Origin: Camelus dromedarius
Taxonomy: Eukaryota
NCBI RefSeq assembly: GCF_036321535.1
Contig: NC_087436.1
Location: forward strand, 7,006,001-7,070,000
Length of the DNA: 64,000 bases
Direction: 5' to 3'
Shown: positions 1 through 11,650 of the stretch, piece after piece
Layout of the letters: every line of letters starts with the position of its first letter
Position numbering within the stretch: the first letter of the stretch is position 1
Notes under the pieces: generated by a model
Database searches by the model: none
What the model saw: the letters and a program-made list of their open reading frames with translations, nothing else
Told to the model about the DNA's origin: nothing
Position numbers and translations under genes: made by a program

Positions 1-951
1 GGAGAAGAGGCATTCGTCAGAAATGAGAACTTCCTCATCAGAGCGCGTGAAAACTTCTGGTAAAACCTCACAGACTTTACCCTTAACAGAGAAAGTGGCG
101 TGCCGGCGAGTAGAGATTCAGGATGGGAAAGGTGGAGGCAGAGACGTAGGACTTTCCAGCAACAGGTCTTGAGAAGCATTGGAGATAGTTCCTCGAGGTT
201 TTGGTCTCCATTACTGCTGGTTCGTGTTTCTCTGAAGGGTTTGTGATCCTCAGAAGTCCTCGAACAGACAGTCGTGGCGTCTAGATGTGCCTCCTTGGGG
301 AGCAGGCTCGTTTTCGTCGTGTAAGCAGGACGAGGGTTAACCTGATGTAACTTTTATTCTCTGGTCGTCCATTCATCACTTTCTAAATGTTGAAAATGAG
401 GGAATTATTTTTTGAAACAACACTATGTATGAAAAAAGAAACTGAATCCATAGAATGAAAGTAGGAAGAGGAAACCCTTAGGTAATCCACCATAGTCATT
501 CCACTCGTAGGCACGTTTGAGTCATTTCGGATTTGGGGTTTTTTTGCTTTCTGTTTTCACTCAGATTAACTACATCAGGGTCTCTGCACTTTAGTGAAGA
601 CAAAGGACAGTTGCTTTCCTAATGTGTGATGATGCATCCTGTGAGGGCTTTCACTAAGAAGTCAGCACAAAGGCTACTGAAAATGTCCTTCCCTTTGAAA
701 CTACAGGAAATTCAAGAATTACCCATGTTGTCCCAAGTGGAACTGAAAATGCTTCTTTATAAAAGAAAAGTTACTCAAAACCAGTTAGTTCCGGAGAAGC
801 TCAGAAAGGCTTAAGTCTGTCGAGATAGCCTGTCCACAAATGTCTTTGCAAAATGAACGAGTGTGGACTATCTGTAAGTTTTATTCTGCAGCTGATCTTA
901 ACATGGGATGTTGTATTTGAAGCAATGAAATTTTGGGGGATTTTATTTCAG

Positions 952-1119
952 GTAGACTATATGGATGAAAATGAAGAATATTTCCAGCGTCAAGCTTCTC
1001 ATCGACAGTCTCGAAGGAGATTCAGAAAAATCAACCAGAAAGGCGAAAGACAAACAATTATCGACACTGTGGACCCTTACCCTGTGGGGAAACCACCTTT
1101 GCCGAGAGGCTATCACACG
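952..1119 (+). CDS. RAPGEF2: RAPGEF2 internal coding exon of the long (N-terminally extended) isoform, 168 nt, VDYMDENEEYFQRQASHRQSRRRFRKINQKGERQTIIDTVDPYPVGKPPLPRGYHT
   Basis: Acceptor ttttatttcAG ends at 951 and donor ACG|GTAAGT starts at 1120; phase 0/0. The peptide matches the RAPGEF2 long isoform as I recall it and lies inside ORF 853..1167. Confidence 0.95.
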
Positions 1120-3489
1120 GTAAGTTGTCCAAGTATACAATACTTTCATTTATCTTTAGTTTCTTGAAGGGAGTCTCGTGAAAAGACATACAAGTTTTCT
1201 TTTTTTGATGCATAATTCCTTTCTGTGATATACTTATCCAAAATGCAAGTTTTCCTGGAAACACACATTATGGAAGTAGTTTTAAGGGACGTTGAAATAA
1301 GATATCAAAAGACATTGTTTAGCCTTTTTATCTCTTAAAATGTGCTCTGAGGCTCAGCTCTGTGGTCAGCATGTACCGTTGTCACTGGAATATTTTTAGG
1401 TTCTTGCCTTAATCTAAAACTTTGGCCTCCTCCCCATTCCCAGGGGCAGGTATCCTACCTGTTTTTTTATTCAAATGTAGCTCTCTAAAAATTACTTCTT
1501 ATTTTCATGGCTTTTTAATACTACTGTGAGACTATTACCTAAACATTTTTTTGTTTTTAATACAATGAAGCGAGAGTGTAATTTGAAATGATGCTTCTTA
1601 AAAGCCCGACCTACAGACGGTCTGAAACATTTCATTGTTAATTACATCATAAATATCAAGAAAATAGACTACTTTTTATGTTTGGGGAAACCAAGGCGCA
1701 GACAATGAGTGATGTGTATGAGACCCCAGTATCGTCAGTTTGAGAGCCTCGTTTTTCTTACTCCTTCTCTGCTCAGTGCACTGTGCACGTGTCCCCCGGT
1801 GGCCCATCCAAAAGGGTGGCACATATGTTTGAGGATTTCTCTTTTCAAAAAGAGAGGAACTGGAAGTTTTACATATGACATAATAAGATTAAACGTGGTT
1901 TGTCTATACTTGTAATTCTGTTGACTGAGTGATGTGAAATTAATTTTAAAATAAAATAAAAATATGAACAAAAGTATAAAATAAAAATGTGAAAAAATTA
2001 AAGATAGGTAATTGACAACTATTTTATATTTCACATTTGTTTTTCTTACCTAGCCTTTTCTTTCTCTTTGCAAATAAACATAAATGCAAAAATGCATGGG
2101 AAAATGTATATAGGCTTAAAATTATGTACTTAAATTTCCAGTAGCTTTAAGGGATATATTTTATATGTTTTGTTTCTGAGAGCCCTTTGTACTTGAATAT
2201 TTATGCAGTTTTGACCACCAGCTATCTGCCTACCCTTCTCACTGCCCATGCACGAAAAGTTTTAATTTAACATGAATTTCATAGTTGAATCATTTCATTG
2301 AGCTCGTTTGGAAAGGGTTTCTTCTCGCTCCTCATAAAGCCAGCTTTGTTTGCCTGTTGGAGAGACTGGGTATTTAAAAAAAAAAAAAAAAGCCATGAAA
2401 GGTTTTTTGTTACCATTGTCTATTAAAAAAAGGTAGTATTTTTAGTGTTGATGTAGCATCATGGAAGAAGGAAATATGGATTAAAAATAGTTGCCCACAT
2501 TAATACTACAATCTACTAATACTGTTAATACCCCTTGTGCTTTGGAATTACTTTTCCAAATCAGATTTTATAGTAAGATACTTAGTGACAGTGTGGGTTA
2601 CTAAAATTTCAGTGTTAACTCTGATCGGTTTGGTTTTATAGTCATATTTGTCCCACTTAAGTTGGGGGGGAGCATATTAGAATTATTTCTCTCTCCCACC
2701 CCCTTGTTTCCCCTGTTGTGGAATACTTAAGTCACCTCCTGCATATGACTCCCTTTTTTTTTTAATCTGATTTTTTTTTTAAATATGTAGTTTTTAAAAG
2801 TTGTTACGAGGTTACTATTTAAAAACAAGTTTTTTAAAACGTCTTATCTGGTCAACAGATACTTTCACGAGGGAAAATTCAGTACTAGGGTTTAAAGTTT
2901 AACCCGCTTTCTGGTGGGCCAGGTACCAGTGTTCTAAATGTGACATGTTGGCTTCCATTTTACTAAATGAGTTTAGGTGGGCCGCAAGACAGCCATCACT
3001 GAAAGTACCAGATCCTGTCTTTTTGTGAAGATTGTCTTTAAATTATATTTATATAATTACTATCTTACCTAAATACATGATTTTTAACACATGAAAAAAA
3101 CAGAATTTTGCTTTGTATTTGATACCACAGGATCAAAAGAGTTAAGTAAAAATCATTATTCTCCATTAGCCCTAAGGCACATTTACTTATTCTAAACAGA
3201 ACTGTTTCTTTTTTGAATGAACCCTCGTGAGGAGGGACCGAGGGGGACAGGTTTGTCTGAAAGACGCATGATTGAACTGCCCAGGTGACCCCAGGTGGTT
3301 GCAGGTGCATTTCGAGTGCATGGCTAAGGACCATGGACAGCAGTACCCAAGGAGCCCATTCTGTGTGGTCGTTTCTTAACCTGATGTAACAAACAGTGTC
3401 TTCATTTTGGCAGATGTCCTATAGCATGTCTGACAGTGTTCATCTTTCCCTTTCCTCCTCTATGGCACTCATTTCACTTTGGCTCAAAG

Positions 3490-3507
3490 GAATGCACTAA
3501 ATCCCAG
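3490..3507 (+). CDS. RAPGEF2: RAPGEF2 18-nt microexon (ECTKSQ)
   Basis: GAA TGC ACT AAA TCC CAG follows a pyrimidine-rich, AG-free stretch and an aAG acceptor (3487-3489), with donor CAG|GTATTG. It joins ...RGYHT to LPADF... in frame, matching the recalled sequence RGYHT-ECTKSQ-LPADF. Confidence 0.88.
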
Positions 3508-6500
3508 GTATTGTAATTTGTGTGTGGTCTCCGACTGCTAACCCACGTTTATTTGTGAATTTGCATTGTAACTAATGAGCTTGTAGTATGGATGTGTTTT
3601 GCTTGGTCTTGTTCTTTTGTGTTTTGCCCTGATTTAGTAAAATCTCTTAAAACTTTGAAGCTCTCCCCAAGTTAGGTGGAGGCACCGGCTGCTTTATTTG
3701 TGTAGACCTGGGGATAAATTGTCTACTTGCTTTGAAGAAAGACAAGTGCAGCCTATATTTTTGTAAGAATAAGCAGAGCACTGGTCTTAACTCACCTACT
3801 TTGCAAATAAATGAAGAGAAAAAGACAGACAGATTGTCTGTCTTTAGTTGCTTTTTGTGTGAAAGTTTTATGGGAAATCCATCAGAAACTTAGATTTTAA
3901 AGGCTATTGATGAAAGCTTTAAATTTCAGGAATCCCAATGTGAGTGCATTTTGGGAGACCACTGGTACAATTTCAGTCAGATAGAATAAAGGCTGGGTCT
4001 AACAGGAAATAATTTAAAAGCACTTGTGTTTTCTTATTTGAGCTTTATTTTTAACCAGATTTCATGCTGTTATTTCATTCTGTATTTTAATCAAGGCCTA
4101 TGATAATATCTTTGCTCATTTTTTTCCTGCCAGCACATGACTAATTTATGATTTTCAGTATTACTCGTTGGAAATTTTGGGTCAAATTAGGGGTTATCAG
4201 GGAATTTGGAGTCAAGGAAGGAAAATTGACTTCTTTCTGGAAACTAATTGGTTAAGTAGCTAGTAAAACGTTATGGTTGTATTTTCTTATTGCCCAGGAA
4301 AAAGACCATGAATAATTTAATTCACATTAGAAGTCCACCCTCAGTGTATTGTCTTTGGCTATTACAGTAACCTTGTCGGAAAGCACGAAATACTTGTATA
4401 AGCTTTCAAATGAAAATGAGGCAGTCACTTTATGTTCTATACGAGAAAATAAGTATTAAAATGCCACGGGTGGCATGATTGCAGTACTGTATTTTAGAAG
4501 CAAGATTGTTCAGTAATGTGGTCAATCTAAAAAATATTGATAGTTTTTAAGTTTGATAAAATTTCGATAAAGTTGTATAAAAATTTTTTAATTGCACCAA
4601 CGTTTTGAGCTTTTATCTGGTAAATGTATACTTTAGAAATAAGTAACTTTAAAAAAAAAAAGATGCATCAGTATGTAACTAATCCTTTTCTTTTTTAATA
4701 TGAGAAATGACCAGGTACTCTAATAAGAACTAGGAACTGAATTTAAAATATGCACCGAGTTGTGGTGTATACCTTACGCATACGTTTTAAAGTTAGATGT
4801 GTTGCAGCATTTAAGATCAGGTGATCGTAAGTTTGTTCAGAAACACGGATACTGTTGTAGTCCACGTGGAGGGCTCTCGGGTCGCTTTTTCAAGGCGTGT
4901 GTGCGAGTTTGCTGAGAATAAGCATTTTAAAATGCAGCGAGAAAGCAAGTTGGGAGATGGCTTTCATCAGCGTTTTTGTACATTTTGATGAGCCGAGGTT
5001 GAGGCTGTGTGTAAGGCTGCCGGAAAGTAGGCTGTGGGTGAGTTTTCAGTCTCAGAGTGGCTGAAGGGAACAGAGAGGCAGGGCGCAGATGCGGCGTTCC
5101 CGGCCGAGGCTGGAACACGTGGGCCAGTCTTGGACTGACTTGGGACTTTGCGCAGATTTACGTTGTCAGCAGGTTCAGAGCAGGGTTGGGGGGAGATCTG
5201 TTTATTTTACCCCTCCTTCCAGGCCCTCTCTGCATTCATGGGCGGTGTGCTCCCGGAGTTTGGGCGGGGAGGGGAATCTGAGCTCCGTGATGAACATGGA
5301 GGGGGAGGTGGGAGGACTTAACGGGACGAAGGCCCTTCTTAACTTTCACCCGCTCAGAGTCATGGGGATGCTAGTCTGCCCTCTCTCATCTCTCCTTTTT
5401 TAAAAATTTTAAATGAAAAAAAAAAACAGCACTGCCCTCTTCCTCATTTGGAAAGAGCAAACATTACACGGAGACATTAGACTGGAGACAAAGAGAACAT
5501 GTCCCGTTTGAACCGCGGAAGTCACGGGTACCAGCTGGTATCGCCTCCATTTCCAGCCTCCCTAGGCCGACGGCATGATTCAAATGCTCTCCACGCTTGG
5601 ATGTGCTGTGCTGATGGCCTCCCCACTTCCACGCCTCCAGGCCCCCCAGAGTGTGGCTTTCCTTTGTACAAATTTGAAATAGGAGGATTCAAACACAATA
5701 TAACATAGTTTCACCCAATGCAACATCTGTGAAATAGAGAGAACCCACCCGTCATGGAAAAAGACCTCTCCCACACATCTCAGTGGTGGTCCTCTGCCAC
5801 GGGAACATCACTTCAGGGCGCCGTCGGATGATTGTGTGCTGACTTCCTCAGTAGGTTAGGCTTAGCTTAAAGTTCTTGGTGCAGGTGTACAAAAGTCGTG
5901 AAAATACTGTGTAAAACCTAAATTGAGTACAGTGTAATATCACAAAAACATCATGGGATTGACTTTTTATTAATGTCAATGATAATAAAATATGTTTAAA
6001 ACATAGCACCAATGTAATAGATTGATTCCTTTCTGAGGCTTATGAAAATGAGTCCTTATAAGATTATTCCTTTTAATAAAATAAGACAAGTCCTGTTTCT
6101 CCTTATGGTTGTAGAATCACTCCTAGGCTGTACATATATAGCTTACATATCTCTGAAGTAGATTTTCTTTAAAGTGAATGATTTAAGTTGGTTTCATCTT
6201 CAGCTATGGACTTCTTGGTAGGTTTCATTAATTTTAAAAATTCAGATCTTGAAACATGAAAAAATCACAGTGATCACACACAATTGACAGTAGGCTTTCT
6301 GACTTGAGCTGTTCTTGCGTTAGAAGTTGGCAGTAGTTTCCCTCACTTCATGGCTTTGCTTCGTCCCTTATTGTTTAACTTTGTACTGAGGTCTTCCTAG
6401 TTTAATCCAGTATTTGCTATTTAACAGTAAGAAAATGTGGTTTTCGTGTAATGTATCAATGACTTGTGTACCTACTAAATTTCCTGGAATATTCAAGTCT

Positions 6501-8604
6501 TAGGGTTTAACTGATAACAATCAGTTCATACCATACCCCGCTGACTAATTTATTCATATGGTGATACTTAAACTCTGCTTATATACCTATACAGAAATTA
6601 TTCAAATACAGGGAACTTTCTTAATTATTTGAATATTTTTATTCTTCATTCTTACTCTTTTCATCAAGCATTTGTTTGCTTAATTGAGTCTAAAGCCTTT
6701 GTCGTCAATACCATCATCAGTGCCTCTCTGTGAATTGTAATAGGATGGAGTTTCAGAAAACTTGTGTATTCTCTTTCTTGTATCGCAGAGAGGAGAGCCG
6801 AGTTAGGATTTTCAGGTAGACGTTTGTATCCATTTAATGACTGTTTGTTCGTGCCCGCCTTGCTTCAGGTGTGCCAGTCTCCATGGCTGTAAACGTCCAC
6901 AGGAGAGGCGGAATCTGCCTGTCTTGCCCTGTGGTCTCGCACAGAATACAGATAAACACGTGGGCAGGTGCTGTAGAGGGAAGTCTGGGTATCATGGAGG
7001 CTTCGAAACGGGCACCTTGAGGAGTCAGGCTTGGCTTCTTGAATGGCCTTCATACCTTGGCTCAAAGGAAGATCTTTCATCCAGGAAAGCCCAGTAGAAA
7101 CGTGAAGACAGAATTGGGGGCGGAGAGTGGAGAGGAGGGTGTGGACAGACTGTTAGGAGTGATGGGTGCCCCCCACCCCGTGCTGCCCCATTTTGGTGGG
7201 TACTGTTCGTTGTATGCAGGCCTGACGTTTTACATCTGCAGCAGGGGTTTTTTTAAAAAAGGAAGTGTCAAAAGTGTCCCTTGCTTCTCCCGACTGTCAG
7301 CAGCAGGTTTACTAGCTACTCTCCACCTCGGTCATGTTGCATTTTCTAACCCTGCGGAAGGCTCCCTGTGGAAAGGGCTTTGAACAATAGGTGGCCGCCC
7401 CAGCCCGGCCGCCGGAGCTGCTGTTTCTGTCAACGTGCAGCGCGTTGGAGCGGCTGCCGTGTTCCCGGCCTCCTCCCACTGGGGGGGCTGCTGCTCTCTC
7501 TCGCAGTTATTATCAGGTATTTGTGTTGACTTAATTTATACAGATGGAGAGAGGACACTGTAGGGTATGTTTAGAAACTGAAGTGAAATCAGGGACTAGT
7601 GCAAAACAGAAAACGATTGATCTTGCTCTGTTAACAGCACGCCTTGCACATCCACGCCAGGCAGCTGAGAGCCGTGTGCAGTGTGCTGTTGACACGCGTT
7701 GCAGCTTCTGTTGGAGGGTGTCTATTTTTATCTATGACATCATCGCTGCCGCTGAGCTCCCGTGTCCACTGGGATTGACTGTTCTTTCATTCCCTTCTGA
7801 AAGAAAGCTTGTATTGATGTCATAATTGGACCCATCTTTTGGTTGCACTTGGAAATTGAAAGTAATAAGGGTGTTGTGTAGCAAGTCATGCAGTATTTCA
7901 AGCAATTTATTTGTCAGAAAGATCACTGCCACTTTGTCCTGCCTCTGATGGTGAATACTGGTGGCTCTCTGTGCCTGTTCACGTTCTAAATACACTTGGC
8001 TAAAATTTAGCTTTTCGTCTCAGCAGCAGAGGTCCTTTCATCTTTAGCTGTTTCGTTTCTTATGTTGTTTTTCTTTTTTCATTTCTTTTTTTTTTTCTGT
8101 CATGAGATTTTGCAGTGCTTCGTGCTGGTTTGAGAAGTGTCTCCTCTCTTTGGGAAAATCCACTGTGATATTCAGACCTGTTTCCCAGCAGTGCTGAATT
8201 GACCTTTTTACAATTAAGTTATCAGTTCTCAGTTATCTGTTTTCACTATTTGAAATATTGGGTGACTAGAAATGTTCTCTTTTGAGTTTGAATCCTGTGT
8301 TAAAACATAATTAACTTAAAATACCTTTCTATTAGCTAGAAGATACTGCTGACTGAACTTCGGAAGAAACTTTAGCATGTTATTCAATGTATGGCTGTTA
8401 GGTTTACATCACTTGTGAAAAGAAAGTTTTAACTATTCATATTAAAATAATATTAAAATGCCAACTATTTTGTACATACTTATGTAAATAAATTTTCCTC
8501 CTTATTCTCTCAAAAAATTAATCATTATCCATATCTCAATAGCAAACTCCCCCACCCTTATTTTTAAAAAAACTGATTAGGAACAAACTTACATATTTTT
8601 AAAA

Positions 8605-8775
8605 AAACAGCTTTATTGAGTTATAACTCACATACCATGCAATTTACCCATTTAAAGTGCATAATTCATTTTTTTCTTTTTTAATAAAAAACATGTAATT
8701 TTATTAGAAAACATTAAATTTATCCTCGTAACCACTGTCAAGTGTACAGTTCAGTAGTATTAAGAATATCGGTAG
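8605..8775 (-). mobile_element. Old L1 (L1MA/MB-like) 3' end fragments
   Basis: ctttattgagttataactcacataccat…tttacccatttaaagtg and aagtgtacagttcagtagtattaag are typical L1M 3' UTR termini. Confidence 0.7.
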
Positions 8776-9458
8776 TAGACTTTTGAGTGACCTGCACATG
8801 CCCAGCTGACATGTACCTCGTAGCCTTTGTGATTTTTAAAATTACACATAGGCTGAAGACATTTTTTGATATTTTGGAAAAAATAATTATAGAATGTATT
8901 AAAAAAAAAGCCTTGCTGAACAATTGTTTGCATTAGAGCCGTTTCTCATGGGCTTAGAGTGGCGTCAAGTAGCCTTATTTTTTCCTTAAGTCTCCCTTTC
9001 TCTCTTTCAAGTGGGACAGAGGTGGCAGTGGGATGTGGTGTGGAGTTTAGAGTTGCTGGCCCAGGGGAGAAATCCCACGATCGCAGAGTGGGCTGAGGCT
9101 GAAAAGCGAACTGTTAATTGGAACAAGCGATAAGCGAGTAATTCCAAAGGGAAAGGTTTGAAGATGAAAAAGAAAATACTCAGGTTGACTTGACTTTTAC
9201 TCAGGTGTCTGTGCAGATTGCAGTCATAATTGGTCACCTGTGGTTTTGGTACAATCCAGAAGGCATTTACGGGTGTTAGAAAATAAGGTTAAAATCGCAA
9301 AATAAGCCGTAAGATTTCCCTTTCACTGATATTGGCATCCTTCTACTTTCTGTCCATTTCTTTATGCAGACTTTTAAACTGAACCGTCAAAAAGCTGTTT
9401 GAATCATCAGGAATTTTGGAATACTCAGGAAAGCTCTTAGAAGGAAGATCATTTTGCC

Positions 9459-9605
9459 CTTTTTTGGGGGGGGGGACGGGGTGGGGAGGAGATAATTACT
9501 AGGTTTAGTTACTTTTTTTTTTTCTCAGTGGAGGTACTGGGAATTGAACCCAGGACCTCATGCCTGCTAGGCATGTGCTCTACCACTGAGCTATAACCCC
9601 CCACC
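9459..9605 (-). mobile_element. tRNA-Ala-derived SINE (Vic-1-type, camelid), long form
   Basis: Reverse complement of GGTTATAGCTCAGTGGTAGAGCACATGCCTAGCAGGCATGAGGTCCTGGGTTCAATTCCCAGTACCTCCA (A/B boxes), plus A-rich linker, TAATTATCTCC motif and tail. Confidence 0.88.
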
Positions 9606-9950
9606 CCCCGCCACCTGCTAGTTTAGGAAATAAGCACATGCCAGCCAACCGTGATGCAGAGAGTACTTGGGCCTCACTGGTACCCTTGATGGTAATGTGG
9701 CTTGACAGTGGGCATCCCTGATGAGCACTTGATAGCTTCAGTCTCCTCATTTCTGCTCGGGACGAACGTTTGCCTAACCTCCGCTGCTGACTTTAGTATT
9801 GGTGCTGGCTGCAGGTGGGTTAAGTTGTGAGAAGGTTGAGCTGAGGTAGTATTTTACAGGGTTTTGTCTCAGAGGAATCTCAGGACAGCTGCTGGCATGA
9901 TTTTGAAGAAGAGCCAAGAGGCTGATGATTTTCTAGTTCATCTCTTAGAG

Positions 9951-11025
9951 CAGCAGGTGTCAAACTTTTCCATCTCGGAACTCCTCCTTTACACTCTGAA
10001 AACCTTTTGTAGTCTCCAGCCAGCTTTCGTTTACATGAATTATTATTACATGTTAGAAATTGAAACTGAGAAACTTAAAAATACATATTTGTTGATTAGT
10101 TAAAAATAATAAACCCATCATCCGTTAACATAAAGGTTTTCTTTTTAGTGAAAAATAACTATTTACAAAACAAAAAAATTTGTAAGCAGAGTGGTGGTGT
10201 TTTATAGTTTTGCAAATACACTGAACGTCTGGCCCAGCAGAGGACTCTTACCTGTGTCCGTGTTCAGTCTGTTGTGAGCATCTCCTCTGGCTGGAGTGTG
10301 TAAAATACATGAAGCAAGTCTGTGCCTCACACAGACAGGCAGTTGGAAAAGGGAGGGATATTCTGAACAGCCTCTTCAAATAGTCTTACTGATACACTGC
10401 ACCAAAATTTGACAAGTGGTAATTCCTTAAAGATTCAGTTGCAGCAGGAAAAGCTCACATCGGTGAGATTTTTAAATTTTTTTTTTTTTTTATCAAAACG
10501 CATTGGTCTTACAGACAGAGTGAGTCTTTCTGCTCACGCGTGAGTTTTTAACATCACACGTTGGTCACTGAATTTAGGTCTTCCAAATTTTGGCATGTTA
10601 TACTGTATCAAAAAAATCATATTTGTTACTATCACTACCGTCTCATTAAAAAAGGCTTTAATTATTGGGAAGCTGTCAAATTTTTGGTGTTGGATATACG
10701 TTTTCCCAAAGGCTAATTTTGACTAGAAAGCTAAAATTTTATCCTTGCCAAAGTGCTGTCAGCTGTTTTCCTCGAAGTGAAAAGCTCAGTTTGTTCATTT
10801 TCAAGAAAATACCTACCAGATACCCACGTCTGAATAGCCACAGTTTGTCCATTCTTTATTCTTTCACATAAAAAGAGGGTTCCATGGGAGGCGGGGGTAT
10901 AGCTCAGTGGTAGAATGTTTGCTTAGCATGCATGAGGTCCTGGGTTCAATCACCAGGATCTCCATCAAAACTAAAAGAAAAAAAAAAAAGAAAAAAAAAA
11001 AGAAAGAGTGTTCCATGAAAACACC
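9951..11025. mobile_element. hAT-Charlie DNA transposon fragment (Charlie1-like), interrupted by a SINE
   Basis: Starts CAGCAGGTGTCAAACTTTT (TIR-like) and carries recognisable Charlie1 motifs (ttagaaattgaaactgagaaa, aaaaataactattt...caaaacaaaaaaattt, tttgcaaat...gtctggc, aaaatttgacaagtggtaattccttaaag). Confidence 0.75.
10887..11002 (+). mobile_element. tRNA-Ala-derived SINE (Vic-1-type), short form with TSD
   Basis: GGGGTATAGCTCAGTGGTAGAATGTTTGCTTAGCATGCATGAGGTCCTGGGTTCAATC plus poly(A). 15-nt TSD AAAGAG(G/T)GTTCCATG at 10872-10886 and 11003-11017. Confidence 0.93.
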
Positions 11026-11539
11026 AGGTGCGGCCCCGGTGAGAGTGAGCACTCCGAGGGCACGCCCGGGGGCGGCCCTGATCTGGGCTCCGGCCTTGTT
11101 CCTCCCTTGCTTCCTTTCCGTCTTGTGCTCAATTTCCTTCTAGAAACCGGGAGGAAATGGGAAGGTCCCAAACTAACTTGGCGTGGAATCAGAAGAATTT
11201 AAAAATGCTTTACATTAAATAATTGTGTTCTAAATACATTAACTGTACTGGATGGTTACCAGCAATCCATTTTGTAGTTACTGTAGCAATCTTTAAAGAT
11301 AGATACTTTTACATAATTGATTCAGCATTTCTCATTTAGAGCATTTTTCTCTTTAGGAATTTTATTTTTGAAGTCCCTTCCCCTCTCCCCTCCAGAAAGT
11401 TCTCTGACTCCCCTTCTCTATTAAGATATTTATGAGCCATTATGTGGAATTAGAAAATACTTACAATTTTTATGCAAAAATTTGTGTCATGAAAGTGTGA
11501 TTTAGTCATAACTGTAACGTGTCTGTGAGGTAACCTTTA

Positions 11540-11650
11540 TTTTTTTATTTTTAAATTTTATTCCCCCTTAACGGAGGCACTGGGGATTGAACCCAGGACC
11601 TTGTGCACGCCAAGCATGCACCCTACCACTGAGCTACACCCCGCCACTCT
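11540..11650 (-). mobile_element. tRNA-Ala-derived SINE (Vic-1-type)
   Basis: Reverse-complement tRNA-Ala head at 11572-11643 with a T-rich tail; direct repeat GGTAACCTTTA at 11529-11539 and 11658-11668. Confidence 0.9.

Noticed and set aside
853..1167. 104-aa ORF as a standalone gene
   Set aside because: Only 952-1119 is exonic; the rest is intron read-through across clear splice sites.
337..3390. Exact 15-mer TTAACCTGATGTAAC at 337-351 and 3376-3390
   Set aside because: On the order of one or two exact 15-mer repeats are expected by chance in 64 kb (about 2x10^9 position pairs versus 4^15), and the match does not extend.
10893..10964. tRNA-Ala(AGC)-like gene (and six similar copies)
   Set aside because: Poly(A) tail, TSDs, stem-disrupting substitutions and multiple dispersed copies show these are SINEs, not tRNA genes.
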